DNA from: Oscillospiraceae bacterium
GTDB taxonomy: Bacteria > Bacillota > Clostridia > Oscillospirales > JAAYXM01
Direction: 5' to 3'
NCBI GenBank assembly: GCA_017409405.1
Contig: JAFQSU010000078.1
Coordinates: 13,850-77,849 of the forward strand
Length of the DNA: 64,000 nucleotides
Under the pieces are notes generated by a model, which did not search any database, had not been told where the DNA came from, and saw only the letters and a program-made list of their open reading frames with translations. The translations under genes were made by a program, and so were the position numbers. Within the stretch, counting starts at the first letter, position 1; each line of letters begins with the position of its first letter. This document shows, piece after piece, positions 19,858 through 30,086 of this stretch.

Positions 19858-21186
19858 TTATAGTTCCTTTTTCGTTTCGCGGATTACAATTCCTGAAAGC
19901 AGAATTACGGCAATGAGGTTTGGTATCATCATAATACCGTTGAACATATCACCAATTTCCCACACGCTTTCAACCCGGAGGACTGCGCCAAGCGCAACCG
20001 CCGCCACGAAAACACCCTGATATGCTTTTGATAAGCGCTCATTTTCATGCGACAGGTACGCAACACACCGCTCACCGTAATATGACCAGCCGAGAATCGT
20101 GGACAGGGCAAACAAAACCGTTGCCACAGCGACAAATACTCCGCCAAAGTCTCCGAAAAACGCTTGAAAAGCACGTGTCACAAGAGCTGCTCCCGAAGCT
20201 TCTCCGTTGTGACAACCCGAACCTATAACGGCTATTGCCGTTACCGTACAGACGATTATTGTGTCTACAAACACCTCAAACATACCCCAGAAGCCCTGAT
20301 GCATGGGGCTTTTGGCGTCCGCTGCGGCATGTACCAAAGGCGCACTGCCAAGACCTGCCTCGTTTGAAAAGACACCGCGTGCAACACCGAAGCGGATTGC
20401 CTTTTTTACCATTTCTCCTGCCCCTGCGCCGTAAACCGCCTGCGGTGTCAATGCAGAAGCGCAAATCTCGTGCAGTGCATCTATCGCAGAGCCTGGCGAA
20501 AGAACAATTATTCCGACACCGCCGAGGATATAAAGCCCTGCCATGAGCGGTACCATTTTTTCTGCAAAGTGCGAAATTCTCGAGATTCCGCCACTCATAG
20601 CGACTGCCGCAATTGTCGCGACAAGAAGTCCCGTCACCCACTCAGGTGTACCGATAAAAAAGCTCACAACAGAAGAAATGGAATTTGACTGGTTCATCGC
20701 CCCCATGCCCAGACACGCAAATGCTCCTGATATTGCAAACAGGACAGAAAGCCATGTATATCCCTTGCCCAATCCTCTTTTTATGTAATACATCGGTCCG
20801 CCGTAATACTCTCCGTTTCTTTCCATACGGAATTTTACCGAAAGGAAAATTTCTGCATATTTGGTCGCCATACCCAGAAGTGCCGAAACCCACATCCAGA
20901 ACACGGCACCGGCTCCGCCTGCCGTTATAGCGGTTGCAACTCCCACTATGTTTCCGGTGCCTATCGAAGATGCAAGTGCCGAAGCCACCGCCTGATAGGG
21001 AGTAATCCTCCCGTTGGCTTTTTTCTGCCTTTTAAGCAGTGTTCCGAAGGTTTCCCGTGACCACAGTGGAAATTTTGTTATCTGAAAAAAGCCGAGCCTT
21101 GCGGACAAATATATTCCGCAACTCATAACAAGCAGGAGCATGGGGACTCCCCAGACAGTTTTATTTATCGCCGCCACAATCTGCAT
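19858..21186 (-). CDS. Alanine/glycine:cation symporter (AGCS family)
   Basis: GTGNIVGVA, GAVFWMW, GGPMYY, RGVFSNEAGLGSAP, EVFVDT. Confidence 0.94.
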   Translation of the reverse strand: MQIVAAINKTVWGVPMLLLVMSCGIYLSARLGFFQITKFPLWSRETFGTLLKRQKKANGRITPYQAVASALASSIGTGNIVGVATAITAGGAGAVFWMWVSALLGMATKYAEIFLSVKFRMERNGEYYGGPMYYIKRGLGKGYTWLSVLFAISGAFACLGMGAMNQSNSISSVVSFFIGTPEWVTGLLVATIAAVAMSGGISRISHFAEKMVPLMAGLYILGGVGIIVLSPGSAIDALHEICASALTPQAVYGAGAGEMVKKAIRFGVARGVFSNEAGLGSAPLVHAAADAKSPMHQGFWGMFEVFVDTIIVCTVTAIAVIGSGCHNGEASGAALVTRAFQAFFGDFGGVFVAVATVLFALSTILGWSYYGERCVAYLSHENERLSKAYQGVFVAAVALGAVLRVESVWEIGDMFNGIMMIPNLIAVILLSGIVIRETKKEL

Positions 21187-21271
21187 ATGTATACCTCCGA
21201 TATGTACATATGGCAGAATATGATTATTTTTCCGCCAGTATTACATATAGATTGCAAAACGGATTTACATA

Positions 21272-21300
21272 TTGCAAAACCTTGCGCCGACATGTATAAT
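21272..21300 (+). promoter_or_regulatory. Sigma-A promoter
   Basis: TTGCAA-17 nt-TATAAT. Confidence 0.65.
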
Positions 21301-21322
21301 GAACATAAAGGAGGTGTCTGCC

Positions 21323-22504
21323 GTGAAAAAAAGATTTATTTCGCTCATCCTTATAATTTGCATATCCGCACTGCTGTTTTCCGTTCCGTCGGGTGCCGCG
21401 AGTGAGATTTTTGTCGCTGCCGGCAACACCGTTCTGCCGCTTACTGATGCTATGCCAATCCGTTCAAGCGGTGTGTGGTACATAGATTATCAGTGTTTCA
21501 CAAAAGGAGGACTCAACGTAAACAGCTCATACAATGCCGCCGAGCGAACCCTCGTTCTTTATACCTGGGACACCACGCTTGTATTTGATCTCAACTCCGC
21601 AACGGCGTACACTACCGCAGAAAAGGTTCCGTACAAGGCAGTTGCCTTTGTCTCCTCCGGCACGGTGTATGTCCCTGCACAGTTTACAGCCCAGATGCTC
21701 GGCTTTGAATGCTCGTATCTTTCCGACCCCGTCATGATACGCATCAAACGCTCGACTGATATTCCGAACAACATGTTTCAGTATATTGCTCAAAGTGAGA
21801 TTCCGAATCTCTTGGCTGCGTACAATGCAAGCAAGAAAAACAACAATGATGTTTCATCATCCGCAGGTTCACAACCGACTTCACCTGATGATGAGAGCGA
21901 GAACAATACCGTGCGCAAGGGCATCCGTCTGACGTTTAACATAACGGACGGCGCCAATATGTCAAAAATTCTCGACTCGCTCTCACGTTACGGCTGCCAT
22001 GCAACCTTTTTTATCAAAGGCAGTGCAATTGACAACTGTGAAAACGAGCTGCGCCGTGCCGTGAGCGGCGGTCATTCGCTCGGCATGCTCTCGCAGAACG
22101 GAAGCTCCGATTTTTCCGCCGGCGGTGATGTTCTAAAAAATGCTCTTTCTTCATGCAACGACCGTTTATTTAAGACGGCAAAAACGAAGACACGGCTTAT
22201 CCGCATACCTGACGGGAGCAAGGCTGTTTCCAAGGAAACCGTCGATACACTCATCTCTCTCGGCTACAGAATATGGGATGACTCATTCACTCCCACAGGA
22301 AGTTCCGCCAACCGCATCTACAACTCAACCGTGTCGCAGCTTTCCGGCGGAAAGTACCGTACCCCGACGATAACACTTACCGATTCCGACGCTTCGGTAA
22401 GCGCTCTGACACGCATCCTTCGCTATCTTGATACAAACAATTACAGAACATATACCATATCCGTTCTCGACACACCTGTAAACGATATTTCGGAAAGAAG
22501 ATAA
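21323..22504 (+). CDS. Secreted protein with a copper-amine-oxidase-N-like domain and a degenerate NodB/CE4 polysaccharide deacetylase domain
   Basis: Signal peptide; VYVPAQF; LTFN..., ATFF, GHSLG, RLIRIP; GTG start after AGGAGGTG. Confidence 0.75.
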   Translation: MKKRFISLILIICISALLFSVPSGAASEIFVAAGNTVLPLTDAMPIRSSGVWYIDYQCFTKGGLNVNSSYNAAERTLVLYTWDTTLVFDLNSATAYTTAEKVPYKAVAFVSSGTVYVPAQFTAQMLGFECSYLSDPVMIRIKRSTDIPNNMFQYIAQSEIPNLLAAYNASKKNNNDVSSSAGSQPTSPDDESENNTVRKGIRLTFNITDGANMSKILDSLSRYGCHATFFIKGSAIDNCENELRRAVSGGHSLGMLSQNGSSDFSAGGDVLKNALSSCNDRLFKTAKTKTRLIRIPDGSKAVSKETVDTLISLGYRIWDDSFTPTGSSANRIYNSTVSQLSGGKYRTPTITLTDSDASVSALTRILRYLDTNNYRTYTISVLDTPVNDISERR

Positions 22505-22540
22505 AAAAATTCTGCAAGATTTCTCTTGCAGAATTTTTTA
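22503..22540. terminator. Bidirectional terminator
   Basis: AAAAAATTCTGCAAGA...TCTTGCAGAATTTTTT. Confidence 0.8.
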
Positions 22541-22548
22541 TTTTCTTT

Positions 22549-22977
22549 TTATTCTCCGCAGCTACACTCTTCATCGCCGCAGCAGCATTCGTCCATATCG
22601 AACTCAAGCTCTTCGCCGCAACCCGGGCAGGTTATCTTGCCGAGGTCGAGAATGTCGTCATCTACCATGATGGAGTCACCGCATGTCGGGCAAACAACTT
22701 CATAGTGGAAGTCATCGCATGCGCAATCATCGCAGTCGCAGTCGTCGTCACAGTCGCACTCATCAAAAGCGCCTTCGAGCTCTAAAAGCTCTTCTGCAAC
22801 CTCGTCAAGCTCGTCGCTGATGTCGTCTGCAATCTTTTCAAGATCGGAAACAGATGCGGCAAGCTCATCAATAACATCTACCATAGCAACAAGAAGCTTG
22901 CCCTCTTTTGTGTCGGTATCAATATCGAGACCGTCAAAAAGACCTCTGAGGTATGCTGCCTTTTCTACTATATCCAT
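22549..22977 (-). CDS. CD1247-like protein (acidic, C-terminal Zn ribbon)
   Basis: EKAAYLRGL N-terminus; CPTC...CPGC; usual position downstream of efp in Clostridia. Confidence 0.8.
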   Translation of the reverse strand: MDIVEKAAYLRGLFDGLDIDTDTKEGKLLVAMVDVIDELAASVSDLEKIADDISDELDEVAEELLELEGAFDECDCDDDCDCDDCACDDFHYEVVCPTCGDSIMVDDDILDLGKITCPGCGEELEFDMDECCCGDEECSCGE

Positions 22978-22996
22978 GAGTTTTCCTCCGTATAAT

Positions 22997-23557
22997 TTAT
23001 TTTGCGCGTTCTAAGTACTCGCCTGTTCTTGTATCAATCTTGATTCTGTCGCCGATATTGATAAAGAGCGGAACACGAACCTCAGCACCCGTCTCAACAG
23101 TTGCCGGCTTTGTAACGTTTGTAGCCGTATCACCCTTAAGACCGGGCTCTGTCTCTGTGATTTCAAGCTCTACGAAGTTAGGCGGTTCTACGCTGAATAC
23201 GTTTCCTTTGAAGGAGAGGAACTTAACAACCATGTTCTCAGTTACGAACTTAAAGCTTTCGGGAAGCTTGTCGGCGTTAAGCGGCTCCTGGTCGAAGGTC
23301 TCGGCATCCATGAAGTAGTACAGCTCTCCGTCGTTGTAGAGATACTGCATGTCCTTACGCTCAACAAATGCCGGCGGGAACTTATCCGTCGGGTTGAATG
23401 ATGTTTCAACAACAGCGCCTGTAAGAACATTGCGATACTTTGTGCGGACAAAAGCCGCACCCTTACCGGGCTTAACATGCTGGAACTCGATAATCTGCAT
23501 TACCTGTCCGTCCATTTCAAATGTCATACCGTTTCTGAATTCACCTGCAGAAATCAT
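22997..23557 (-). CDS. efp: Elongation factor P
   Basis: [32 protein letters not shown]. Confidence 0.98.
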   Translation of the reverse strand: MISAGEFRNGMTFEMDGQVMQIIEFQHVKPGKGAAFVRTKYRNVLTGAVVETSFNPTDKFPPAFVERKDMQYLYNDGELYYFMDAETFDQEPLNADKLPESFKFVTENMVVKFLSFKGNVFSVEPPNFVELEITETEPGLKGDTATNVTKPATVETGAEVRVPLFINIGDRIKIDTRTGEYLERAK

Positions 23558-23642
23558 TTACTTATCCTCCATTTATTCTATATAAATCTTTTTCTATTTT
23601 AACCTATATTATTCCATTTTGCAAGAAAAACTTTAAAAAACC

Positions 23643-24074
23643 TTACATTTCACACAAAACTCGCACACCGAGGGGGTATACAAGCTTGCCGAAGCCGCAA
23701 ATCATGCCGACGCAGACGGAAGAAATGACCGATTTATGACGGAATTCTTCACGGGCATGGATGTTGCTGAGGTGTACCTCTACACACGGAAGCTTCACGG
23801 AAGCTATGGCATCACGGATTGCTATGCTGTAGTGCGAATAAGCCGCCGCATTGAGCACTATGCCGTCAAACCCTTCGTCAAGTGCACGGTAGAGCAGGTC
23901 AACGATTTCGCCCTCGTGGTTTGTCTGATACGCCGTAATGTCTGCGCCGAGTGACTCTGTGCTCTTCTTTGTGAACTCAATTATGTCATCAAGCGTATCT
24001 CTTCCGTAAATGTTTGTTTCGCGTGTGCCGAGTGCATTCAAGTTCGGTCCGTTGATTATCATTATCTTTTTCAT
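23643..24074 (-). CDS. aroQ: Type II 3-dehydroquinate dehydratase
   Basis: NGPNLN.LG.RE..IYG, EVHLSNIHAREEFRH. Confidence 0.96.
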   Translation of the reverse strand: MKKIMIINGPNLNALGTRETNIYGRDTLDDIIEFTKKSTESLGADITAYQTNHEGEIVDLLYRALDEGFDGIVLNAAAYSHYSIAIRDAIASVKLPCVEVHLSNIHAREEFRHKSVISSVCVGMICGFGKLVYPLGVRVLCEM

Positions 24075-24514
24075 TATTCAAACATTCTCCTTTTTCCGAG
24101 CGGCGAAACCTTTATTGCAAGCACCCCGCTCCGTTTTGCACCGACTATGTCGGTTATTATTTTATCTCCGACAAGCGCTGTTGTCTCACATGTGCCGCCG
24201 TATTTTTCCATAGCGAGCCTTATCGTTTTTCTGCTCGGCTTTCCGCTTTTCCAGAAATGAGCGACACCGAGAGGGTCACAATATTTTTTAACACGCTCTT
24301 CTCCGTTATTTGATACCACGACGAGCGAAACGCCGTGTTCGGAAAGGTCACGCACCCATTCTTTTACCCTGTCATCCGGCACTTCATTTTCATATTTTGC
24401 TATCGTGTTATCAAGGTCCGATATGAGAACCTTTATATTTATTGCCTCAAGAAGCTCGCCCGTCAGCTCGTAAATGCTTTCGATTTTCATGTCGGGCTTA
24501 AACCGTGACAGCAT
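24074..24514 (-). CDS. YqeG-family HAD IIIA phosphatase
   Basis: DLDNT, VSNN, KP, VGDKIITD; ATG after GGAGGT. Confidence 0.88.
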   Translation of the reverse strand: MLSRFKPDMKIESIYELTGELLEAINIKVLISDLDNTIAKYENEVPDDRVKEWVRDLSEHGVSLVVVSNNGEERVKKYCDPLGVAHFWKSGKPSRKTIRLAMEKYGGTCETTALVGDKIITDIVGAKRSGVLAIKVSPLGKRRMFE

Positions 24515-24595
24515 CACAGACCTCCGCATACAACAAGGATTTTTATAATATATTTACTATAACACATAAAACGCATTTGAGCAAGGGAGATTCTT

Positions 24596-25330
24596 ATGAA
24601 CATATATATGATTTATTCCGCAAAAGAACAAATCGCAAAAAATTCAAAGCTGCTTTGCGGCATTCATTCTTATGTCGCACACGGAAACACGGTAATGTCC
24701 GAAAAGCTCCCTTCCGACCTTTGCGGAAACATCATGGTCATATCTGCCCAGAATGCCGGCGAGCACATATCACCTGCCGTTTACGACGAATGCCGAAAAC
24801 GAAAGTTCACGTCGGTTTTCCTCGATGCGGAAGAGCCGTGTAAAAATAACATAAGGGCATTTTGCGAAATTTCCGAATCTCTTTCACGGCGAGGGCTTCG
24901 GGTGTTCTGCCCCATCGCCTTTGAAGAGTTCTGCCCTCAGGCAATACCGGTTGCGGATACATGCATTTCAGGCGGAGTTTTGTCTGAATACCTCAAGTCG
25001 CTTATCGTCGGTAGAAAAAGACTTGCACTCTCGCTTCCGAGAATGTGCGCAAGCTTTCCCATGCCGCCGGAAGACTCCTGCGGAAATGCCCTCTCCCCAA
25101 GAGAGCTGTCAAGGCTTCGGGACATGCACGATGCGGAGGTTTTCTTTTCTCCGGCTATGCTTTTAAACTACTTTATATATTCGCCTTCTCCCCGTGATGC
25201 CGGCTTCGTGCTTTTTGATGACAGTCACACGGTAACGGAAAAGCTGAGACTTGCAAAAAAGCTCGGAGTTTCCGATGTTTTTCTCAGATACTGCGAGCTT
25301 TCAGATATTGCAGACGATATTTGGTTTTAG
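24596..25330 (+). CDS. Hypothetical protein, possibly a divergent GH18-like fold
   Basis: AAGGGAG RBS; VFLDAE and YFIY...VLFDD...EKLRLAKKLG segments. Confidence 0.6.
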   Translation: MNIYMIYSAKEQIAKNSKLLCGIHSYVAHGNTVMSEKLPSDLCGNIMVISAQNAGEHISPAVYDECRKRKFTSVFLDAEEPCKNNIRAFCEISESLSRRGLRVFCPIAFEEFCPQAIPVADTCISGGVLSEYLKSLIVGRKRLALSLPRMCASFPMPPEDSCGNALSPRELSRLRDMHDAEVFFSPAMLLNYFIYSPSPRDAGFVLFDDSHTVTEKLRLAKKLGVSDVFLRYCELSDIADDIWF

Positions 25331-27078
25331 TCGTTTTGGGAAAGCTGCTTACAAAGCTCTTCATCGGGATTTACATATGCTGTATAGTAGTTTGTGTAAA
25401 TAACCTTTCCCGGTGCCGCTCCCTGCGGCTTCTTGACATGGCGCACCTGCGTATAGTCAACCGGAACATTTTCCGAATCCTTTGCACGCGAATAATACGC
25501 CGCAATCTGTGCCGCCTCTGTTATCGTTCTGTCGGGAAGCTCACGACCGGAGCTTTCGACTATAACATGAGAGCCGGGGATATTCTTCGTATGCAGCCAC
25601 AAATCGCCCTTCATGGCACTCTTTAACGTGAGTGCATCATTTTGCTTATTGTTTCTTCCGGCATATATAACAAACCCGTCACTCGAAACAAAGCGGTACG
25701 GGCGAAGCGCTGTTTTCTTTGCACCTTTTTTGTCTCCCGACTTGTCTGCATATCCCGTTTCACGAAGCTCCTCACGTATCTCCGCGAGGTCTGCTTCACA
25801 CTCTGCCTTTTCGATGCTTTCGATTACGCTTTCGAGATACTCAAGCTCTTCCTCTCCTGCTGCAAGCTGTTCCGTTATATACCTTTCCGCATTTTTCATC
25901 CTTCGGTATTCACGGAAAAGCTTCTCTGCGTTTTCCTGCGGTGTATACCTCGGGTCAAGCTTTATTGTAACCTCTTCGCAATTCTTGAAATAGTTCTGTG
26001 TTTCAAACGAGGTCATGCCCTTTTCCAGCCGGTAAATGTTGGCGGAAATCAGCTCGGCACGCACACGCAGCTCCTCGCGGTCAATTGATTTTTTGAGTTC
26101 TTCGCGCTGAACGGCAAGCTTTCTGGCAGTACGGGCATGTGCGGTTTTTACAACCTGCAAAATACCGTGGGAACGATTTTTCATGCTCTCACGGGCTTCT
26201 CTTGTTTCGTAAAAATCTGCAAGTGTTTCGGAAAGGCTTTCTCGCACCTCCGTTTGCATGCAGTTTTCATACTGCGTTATCGGGATATATGAAAATTCAT
26301 ACGGATGCTTATTATCATAAACTATACACGGGGCAGAGTCCGTATTACAGATTTCGTATATCGCCGATGCCATTTTTTCACACTGTGCCATGGAAAGCTC
26401 AGACATGTGCCGTGAAACCTCTCCGCATGCTCTGTACGCTATTTCCCGACAGACAAGAGGCGAAAAACCCATAAACGTTGAAATAATCCACTTATCGCAG
26501 AGAATTTCTTCCTTCTGTGCGCATACAATATCAAAAAGCTCAGCACGCGTATAGCCCGACGGGTCAAGCTTTTCCTGCTTTGGCGGAAGTGTATAGAAAA
26601 GCCCGGGCAGAACCTGACGTTTTTCGCTCATGTCAATATCTACACGCTTTAGACACTCTATGACTCTGTCCTCGGCATCTCGCAGTATTATGTTTGAATG
26701 GCGACCCATAAGCTCACATGTGAGAGTCCTCTCAGACGGAACACCCATCTCGTCATTTACTTCAAGCTTTATATCAATAATGCGCTCCATATGCGGTGCG
26801 CTCACCGATATGATGCGACCGTTTATGAGGTGCTTTCTCAAAAGCATGCAGAACATGGGCGCATTCGGCGGATTTTCTCTCGACCGCGAAGACAGGTGAA
26901 CGCGCGGAAAGCTCGCATTTGCAGATATAATAAGCTTCTTACCCTTCACATTGGGACTTCTCAGCGCAATAACTATATCATCACGCAAGGGCTCGTGGAT
27001 TTTATCCACACGCGCCCCCGAAAGAACTGTATCAAGCTCACGTGCAAGCCGTGATATATATATTGCATCAAGTGCCAT
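25327..27078 (-). CDS. rqcH: Ribosome quality-control protein RqcH (NFACT/FbpA family)
   Basis: MALDA, PMFCMLLRKHL, ELMGRHSNII, GRNNKQND, HTKNIPGSHV, VDYT. Confidence 0.93.
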   Translation of the reverse strand: MALDAIYISRLARELDTVLSGARVDKIHEPLRDDIVIALRSPNVKGKKLIISANASFPRVHLSSRSRENPPNAPMFCMLLRKHLINGRIISVSAPHMERIIDIKLEVNDEMGVPSERTLTCELMGRHSNIILRDAEDRVIECLKRVDIDMSEKRQVLPGLFYTLPPKQEKLDPSGYTRAELFDIVCAQKEEILCDKWIISTFMGFSPLVCREIAYRACGEVSRHMSELSMAQCEKMASAIYEICNTDSAPCIVYDNKHPYEFSYIPITQYENCMQTEVRESLSETLADFYETREARESMKNRSHGILQVVKTAHARTARKLAVQREELKKSIDREELRVRAELISANIYRLEKGMTSFETQNYFKNCEEVTIKLDPRYTPQENAEKLFREYRRMKNAERYITEQLAAGEEELEYLESVIESIEKAECEADLAEIREELRETGYADKSGDKKGAKKTALRPYRFVSSDGFVIYAGRNNKQNDALTLKSAMKGDLWLHTKNIPGSHVIVESSGRELPDRTITEAAQIAAYYSRAKDSENVPVDYTQVRHVKKPQGAAPGKVIYTNYYTAYVNPDEELCKQLSQND

Positions 27079-27090
27079 ACCTTTGCGCTC

Positions 27091-27879
27091 CTATACCGTA
27101 AAAAACTTTGTGCAGCTGACGTCCGACTTCGCAATAGTGACAAAAGCTTTCGGAAAGCTTTCTTTTATGATTTCGCATATTCTCGGGCAAACTACATCCT
27201 CGGTAGCAAAATGACCTGCGTCAATTGCGTTTATCTGAAGCTCTTTTGCCTCAAGAAACTGATTGTGCTTTATGTCCGCAGTTACTACCGTATCGCAACC
27301 GAGCAAGTGTGCTTTTTTTATATAATCTCCGCACGAGCCGCCGCCTACGGCAACCCTCAGGACAGGTCTTTTTGCATCGTGATACCGCACACCGTCGGTA
27401 TCAAGCGCATGGCAGACCTTGCCCAGAAACTCATCGAGCGAAAGCTCTCCGGAAAGCGAACCGTAGCGACCGCCGCCGACCGTTTCGTCCTCCATGGGTT
27501 CAACAATGCCTTCCGTCGCAATGCCGAGAGCTTCGGCAAGAGCATCGTTAACGCCGCCTTTTGCACTGTCAAGATTTGTGTGCATGCATATGGCAGAAAT
27601 TCCGTTTTCAATAAGCTTCAGAACAAGAGCACCAGTAACGTCACAGTCTGTAACGGTGCTTCTGCTTCCGAAAATAATCGGATGGTGCGAGACTATAAGC
27701 CTTGCCCCCGTTTGTATCGCTTCATCAATTACGTCTCCCGTTATGTCAAGGGCGACGATTATTTTGTCTGCCGGGCTTTCTTTGTGCCCGACGATAAATC
27801 CGACGTTGTCATAATCCGCCGCAAGATGGACCGGTGCGACCTTTTCAAGGGCTTTCAGTATGTCAACTACCTTTATCAC
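27091..27879 (-). CDS. Nif3-like dinuclear metal centre protein
   Basis: DNVG, SHHPIIF, HTNLD, DAGHFATE. Confidence 0.93.
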   Translation of the reverse strand: MIKVVDILKALEKVAPVHLAADYDNVGFIVGHKESPADKIIVALDITGDVIDEAIQTGARLIVSHHPIIFGSRSTVTDCDVTGALVLKLIENGISAICMHTNLDSAKGGVNDALAEALGIATEGIVEPMEDETVGGGRYGSLSGELSLDEFLGKVCHALDTDGVRYHDAKRPVLRVAVGGGSCGDYIKKAHLLGCDTVVTADIKHNQFLEAKELQINAIDAGHFATEDVVCPRICEIIKESFPKAFVTIAKSDVSCTKFFTV

Positions 27880-28553
27880 AGCTTATCCCTCATTTCCGTA
27901 AGTGATAAAATATCTTCTCCGTACCGCTTCTTTTCCTCTTCGCATACTTTTCCGGCATCACTCTTCATTTCAAGCTCATAGTTAAGCCGTGAAAGTACAC
28001 GGTCGGTATATTCTTTTGCAAGCTCCTTGCCCAAAGCATTACGGCTTATGTATTTCTCGTACGGTTCAAACGTGATATCCCCCGAAAAACGTGCCGATAT
28101 TACACAGTACATGTGTCTTCCCTCTCGGACAAAGCTCTCATCAAATATATAAAAGCCCTCACGGTAGAGATATTCTCTCAGCACCTCCGAGCGTGTCATG
28201 GGCTGAAGCACAAGCGTGGACCCATCCTTTGTCCACGGGGCACGCTCTATAATATCGGCAATCGTCTCTCCGCCCATTCCTGCAATAACAACGCAGTCAT
28301 GCCGTGAGATCCCATCAAGACCGTCTGTCAGAACGGTTTTTATCCTGTCGCAAAGCCCTGCCGACGCTATTGCCTTTTCGGCATTATCGAGCGGACCGCG
28401 GTTTATGTCGCTTGCCGTTATTCTTTTTGCTATATTGTTTTTTGCCGCATATATCGAAATATAGCCGTGGTCACAGCCGCAATCCACGAGTGTTTCACAC
28501 CGAGGTATTGACTGTGCAACACGCAAAAGGCGCGCTCCGAGCGTTTTTTCCAC
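27876..28553 (-). CDS. trmK: tRNA (adenine22-N1)-methyltransferase TrmK
   Basis: DCGCDHGY, IAGMGGETI, LVLQPM; adjacent to Nif3; start at 28553 (GTG) or 28562. Confidence 0.88.
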   Translation of the reverse strand: MEKTLGARLLRVAQSIPRCETLVDCGCDHGYISIYAAKNNIAKRITASDINRGPLDNAEKAIASAGLCDRIKTVLTDGLDGISRHDCVVIAGMGGETIADIIERAPWTKDGSTLVLQPMTRSEVLREYLYREGFYIFDESFVREGRHMYCVISARFSGDITFEPYEKYISRNALGKELAKEYTDRVLSRLNYELEMKSDAGKVCEEEKKRYGEDILSLTEMRDKL

Positions 28554-28615
28554 CGCAGGCATCTCCTTTATATGAAAAGTGCGCGTCCGCAGACGCGCAA
28601 GCCTTCATGCTTAAA

Positions 28616-28819
28616 TTACTTGTTTTCGAGATGGTTGTTGAGCTTTTCGAGAAGAGCGTCAACGTCCACACCGTGTACTGCACAAGCCTGTTCGAGAGTC
28701 TCGCCTCTGGCGGACGGGCAACCGAGACAGTGCATGCCGATTTCAAAGAAATAGGGAGCAGTAGTAACGTCGATATCAAGAATGTCACCGATGATGGTGT
28801 CCTTTGTTATCTTTGCCAC
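28616..28819 (-). CDS. DUF1858 domain protein
   Basis: ITKDTIIGDI, GMHCLGCP, ETLEQACAVHG. Confidence 0.9.
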   Translation of the reverse strand: MAKITKDTIIGDILDIDVTTAPYFFEIGMHCLGCPSARGETLEQACAVHGVDVDALLEKLNNHLENK

Positions 28820-28876
28820 AGCGAAATCATCCTTTCACATTTTATATACTCATTATATAACTATGGCGTACTTTTT

Positions 28877-29566
28877 TCAAGTAGATTTTTCATTTTTATT
28901 CTTTTCAATTTCCGTGTGGAGAAAAGAAAGTGCATCATTGAGCGTTCCCACCCTGTCTATGAGACCTATGTCCACCGCTTCTTTTCCGTATATGACCGTT
29001 CCGACATCGGTTGCAAGCTCTCCGACCTTCAGCATATACTCTCGGAATTTTTCTGCGGAAATATTTGAGTGCCTTTCGACAAAGCTCGTTATTCTGTCCT
29101 GCACACGTTCAAAATAATTAAATGTCTGCGGTGCACCGACCACAACTCCGCTCATCCGCACCGGATGTATTGTGATTGCCGCAGTTTCCGCAATGATTGA
29201 ATGCTTTGCCGCAACCGCAAGCGGAACGCCTATTGAATGTCCTCCGCCGAGAATTAGCGATGCCGTCGGCTTTGTCATGCCTGCTATAAGCTCTGCTATG
29301 GCAAGCCCTGCCTCGATATCTCCGCCGACGGTGTTGAGCATTATCAGAAGACCGTCCACATCCTCACGCTCTTCAACAGCGGCAAGCGTCGGGCATATAT
29401 GCTCATATTTTGTTGTTTTTGTATCGCTTGAGAGTATGGTGTGACCCTCTATCTGACCGATTATTGTTATACAGTGAATGTTTCCGTATTTGCTCGTTGC
29501 AACTATCGAGCCGGTTTCTATCATTTCCTCACGGGTTTCTTTTTTGTTATCACTGCTGTCTGACAT
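28877..29566 (-). CDS. tepA: ClpP-like translocation-enhancing protein TepA
   Basis: IIGQIEGH, KTTKYEH, LNTVGGDIEAGLAIAE, GGHSIGVP, IHPVRM. Confidence 0.88.
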   Translation of the reverse strand: MSDSSDNKKETREEMIETGSIVATSKYGNIHCITIIGQIEGHTILSSDTKTTKYEHICPTLAAVEEREDVDGLLIMLNTVGGDIEAGLAIAELIAGMTKPTASLILGGGHSIGVPLAVAAKHSIIAETAAITIHPVRMSGVVVGAPQTFNYFERVQDRITSFVERHSNISAEKFREYMLKVGELATDVGTVIYGKEAVDIGLIDRVGTLNDALSFLHTEIEKNKNEKST

Positions 29567-29667
29567 TGCATATTCCTCCGTAATATTTCTTACGGTAGTT
29601 TTAGCTTAAATGAAAATAAAAATACATTTCTTTTTTATTACATTGTTTTCTTTATATTCTTTTATAT

Positions 29668-29775
29668 CTTCTTTGTCTTTTGACAAAGAAGCAAAACAAA
29701 TTCAAGGGGGGATTTCGATTTCCCCCCTTGAAAAACCCCCTTAAACCGATTGGGGTCGCGACCCCAAGCCCCGGA
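29668..29775. repeat. GC-rich triple-hairpin REP-like element (family C)
   Basis: CTTCTTTGTC/GACAAAGAAG, TTCAAGGGGGGA/TCCCCCCTTGAA and the palindrome TTGGGGTCGCGACCCCAA, set in AT-rich flanks. Confidence 0.6.
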
Positions 29776-29810
29776 GAGCTGTCCTGACTTCGTGAAGTAA
29801 AACGAAATCA

Positions 29811-30071
29811 TTATTCTTCAACATCATCCTCAAACGAATAATCATTCAGTTCGTTAAAATCCAGAAATTCTGATAAGGTCATGTTGAAAGCAATAGCAAT
29901 TTTATGCAGAGTTTTTACCCGAGGATTCTTTGTCAGTCCACGAACAATATTATCCAACGTGGATTGTTTTACATCACTCATAGCAGCAAGCTTATTTATT
30001 GCTATTCTTCTTTCTCTGCATAATTGTCTTATTCTTTCTATATATATTTTTGAATACTCCACAAACATCAA
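29811..30071 (-). CDS. XRE-family HTH transcriptional regulator
   Basis: RIRQLC...INKLAAMSDVKQSTLDNI....NPRVKTLHKIA..FNMTLSEF. Confidence 0.9.
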   Translation of the reverse strand: MMFVEYSKIYIERIRQLCRERRIAINKLAAMSDVKQSTLDNIVRGLTKNPRVKTLHKIAIAFNMTLSEFLDFNELNDYSFEDDVEE

Positions 30072-30086
30072 CCCTTCAAAACAATC

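Noticed and set aside
22700-22765. Cys/Asp-rich run (ECDCDDDCDCDDCACDD) as a metallothionein or DNA repeat
   Set aside because: It is a low-complexity acidic linker within a CD1247-like protein, with no exact DNA periodicity.
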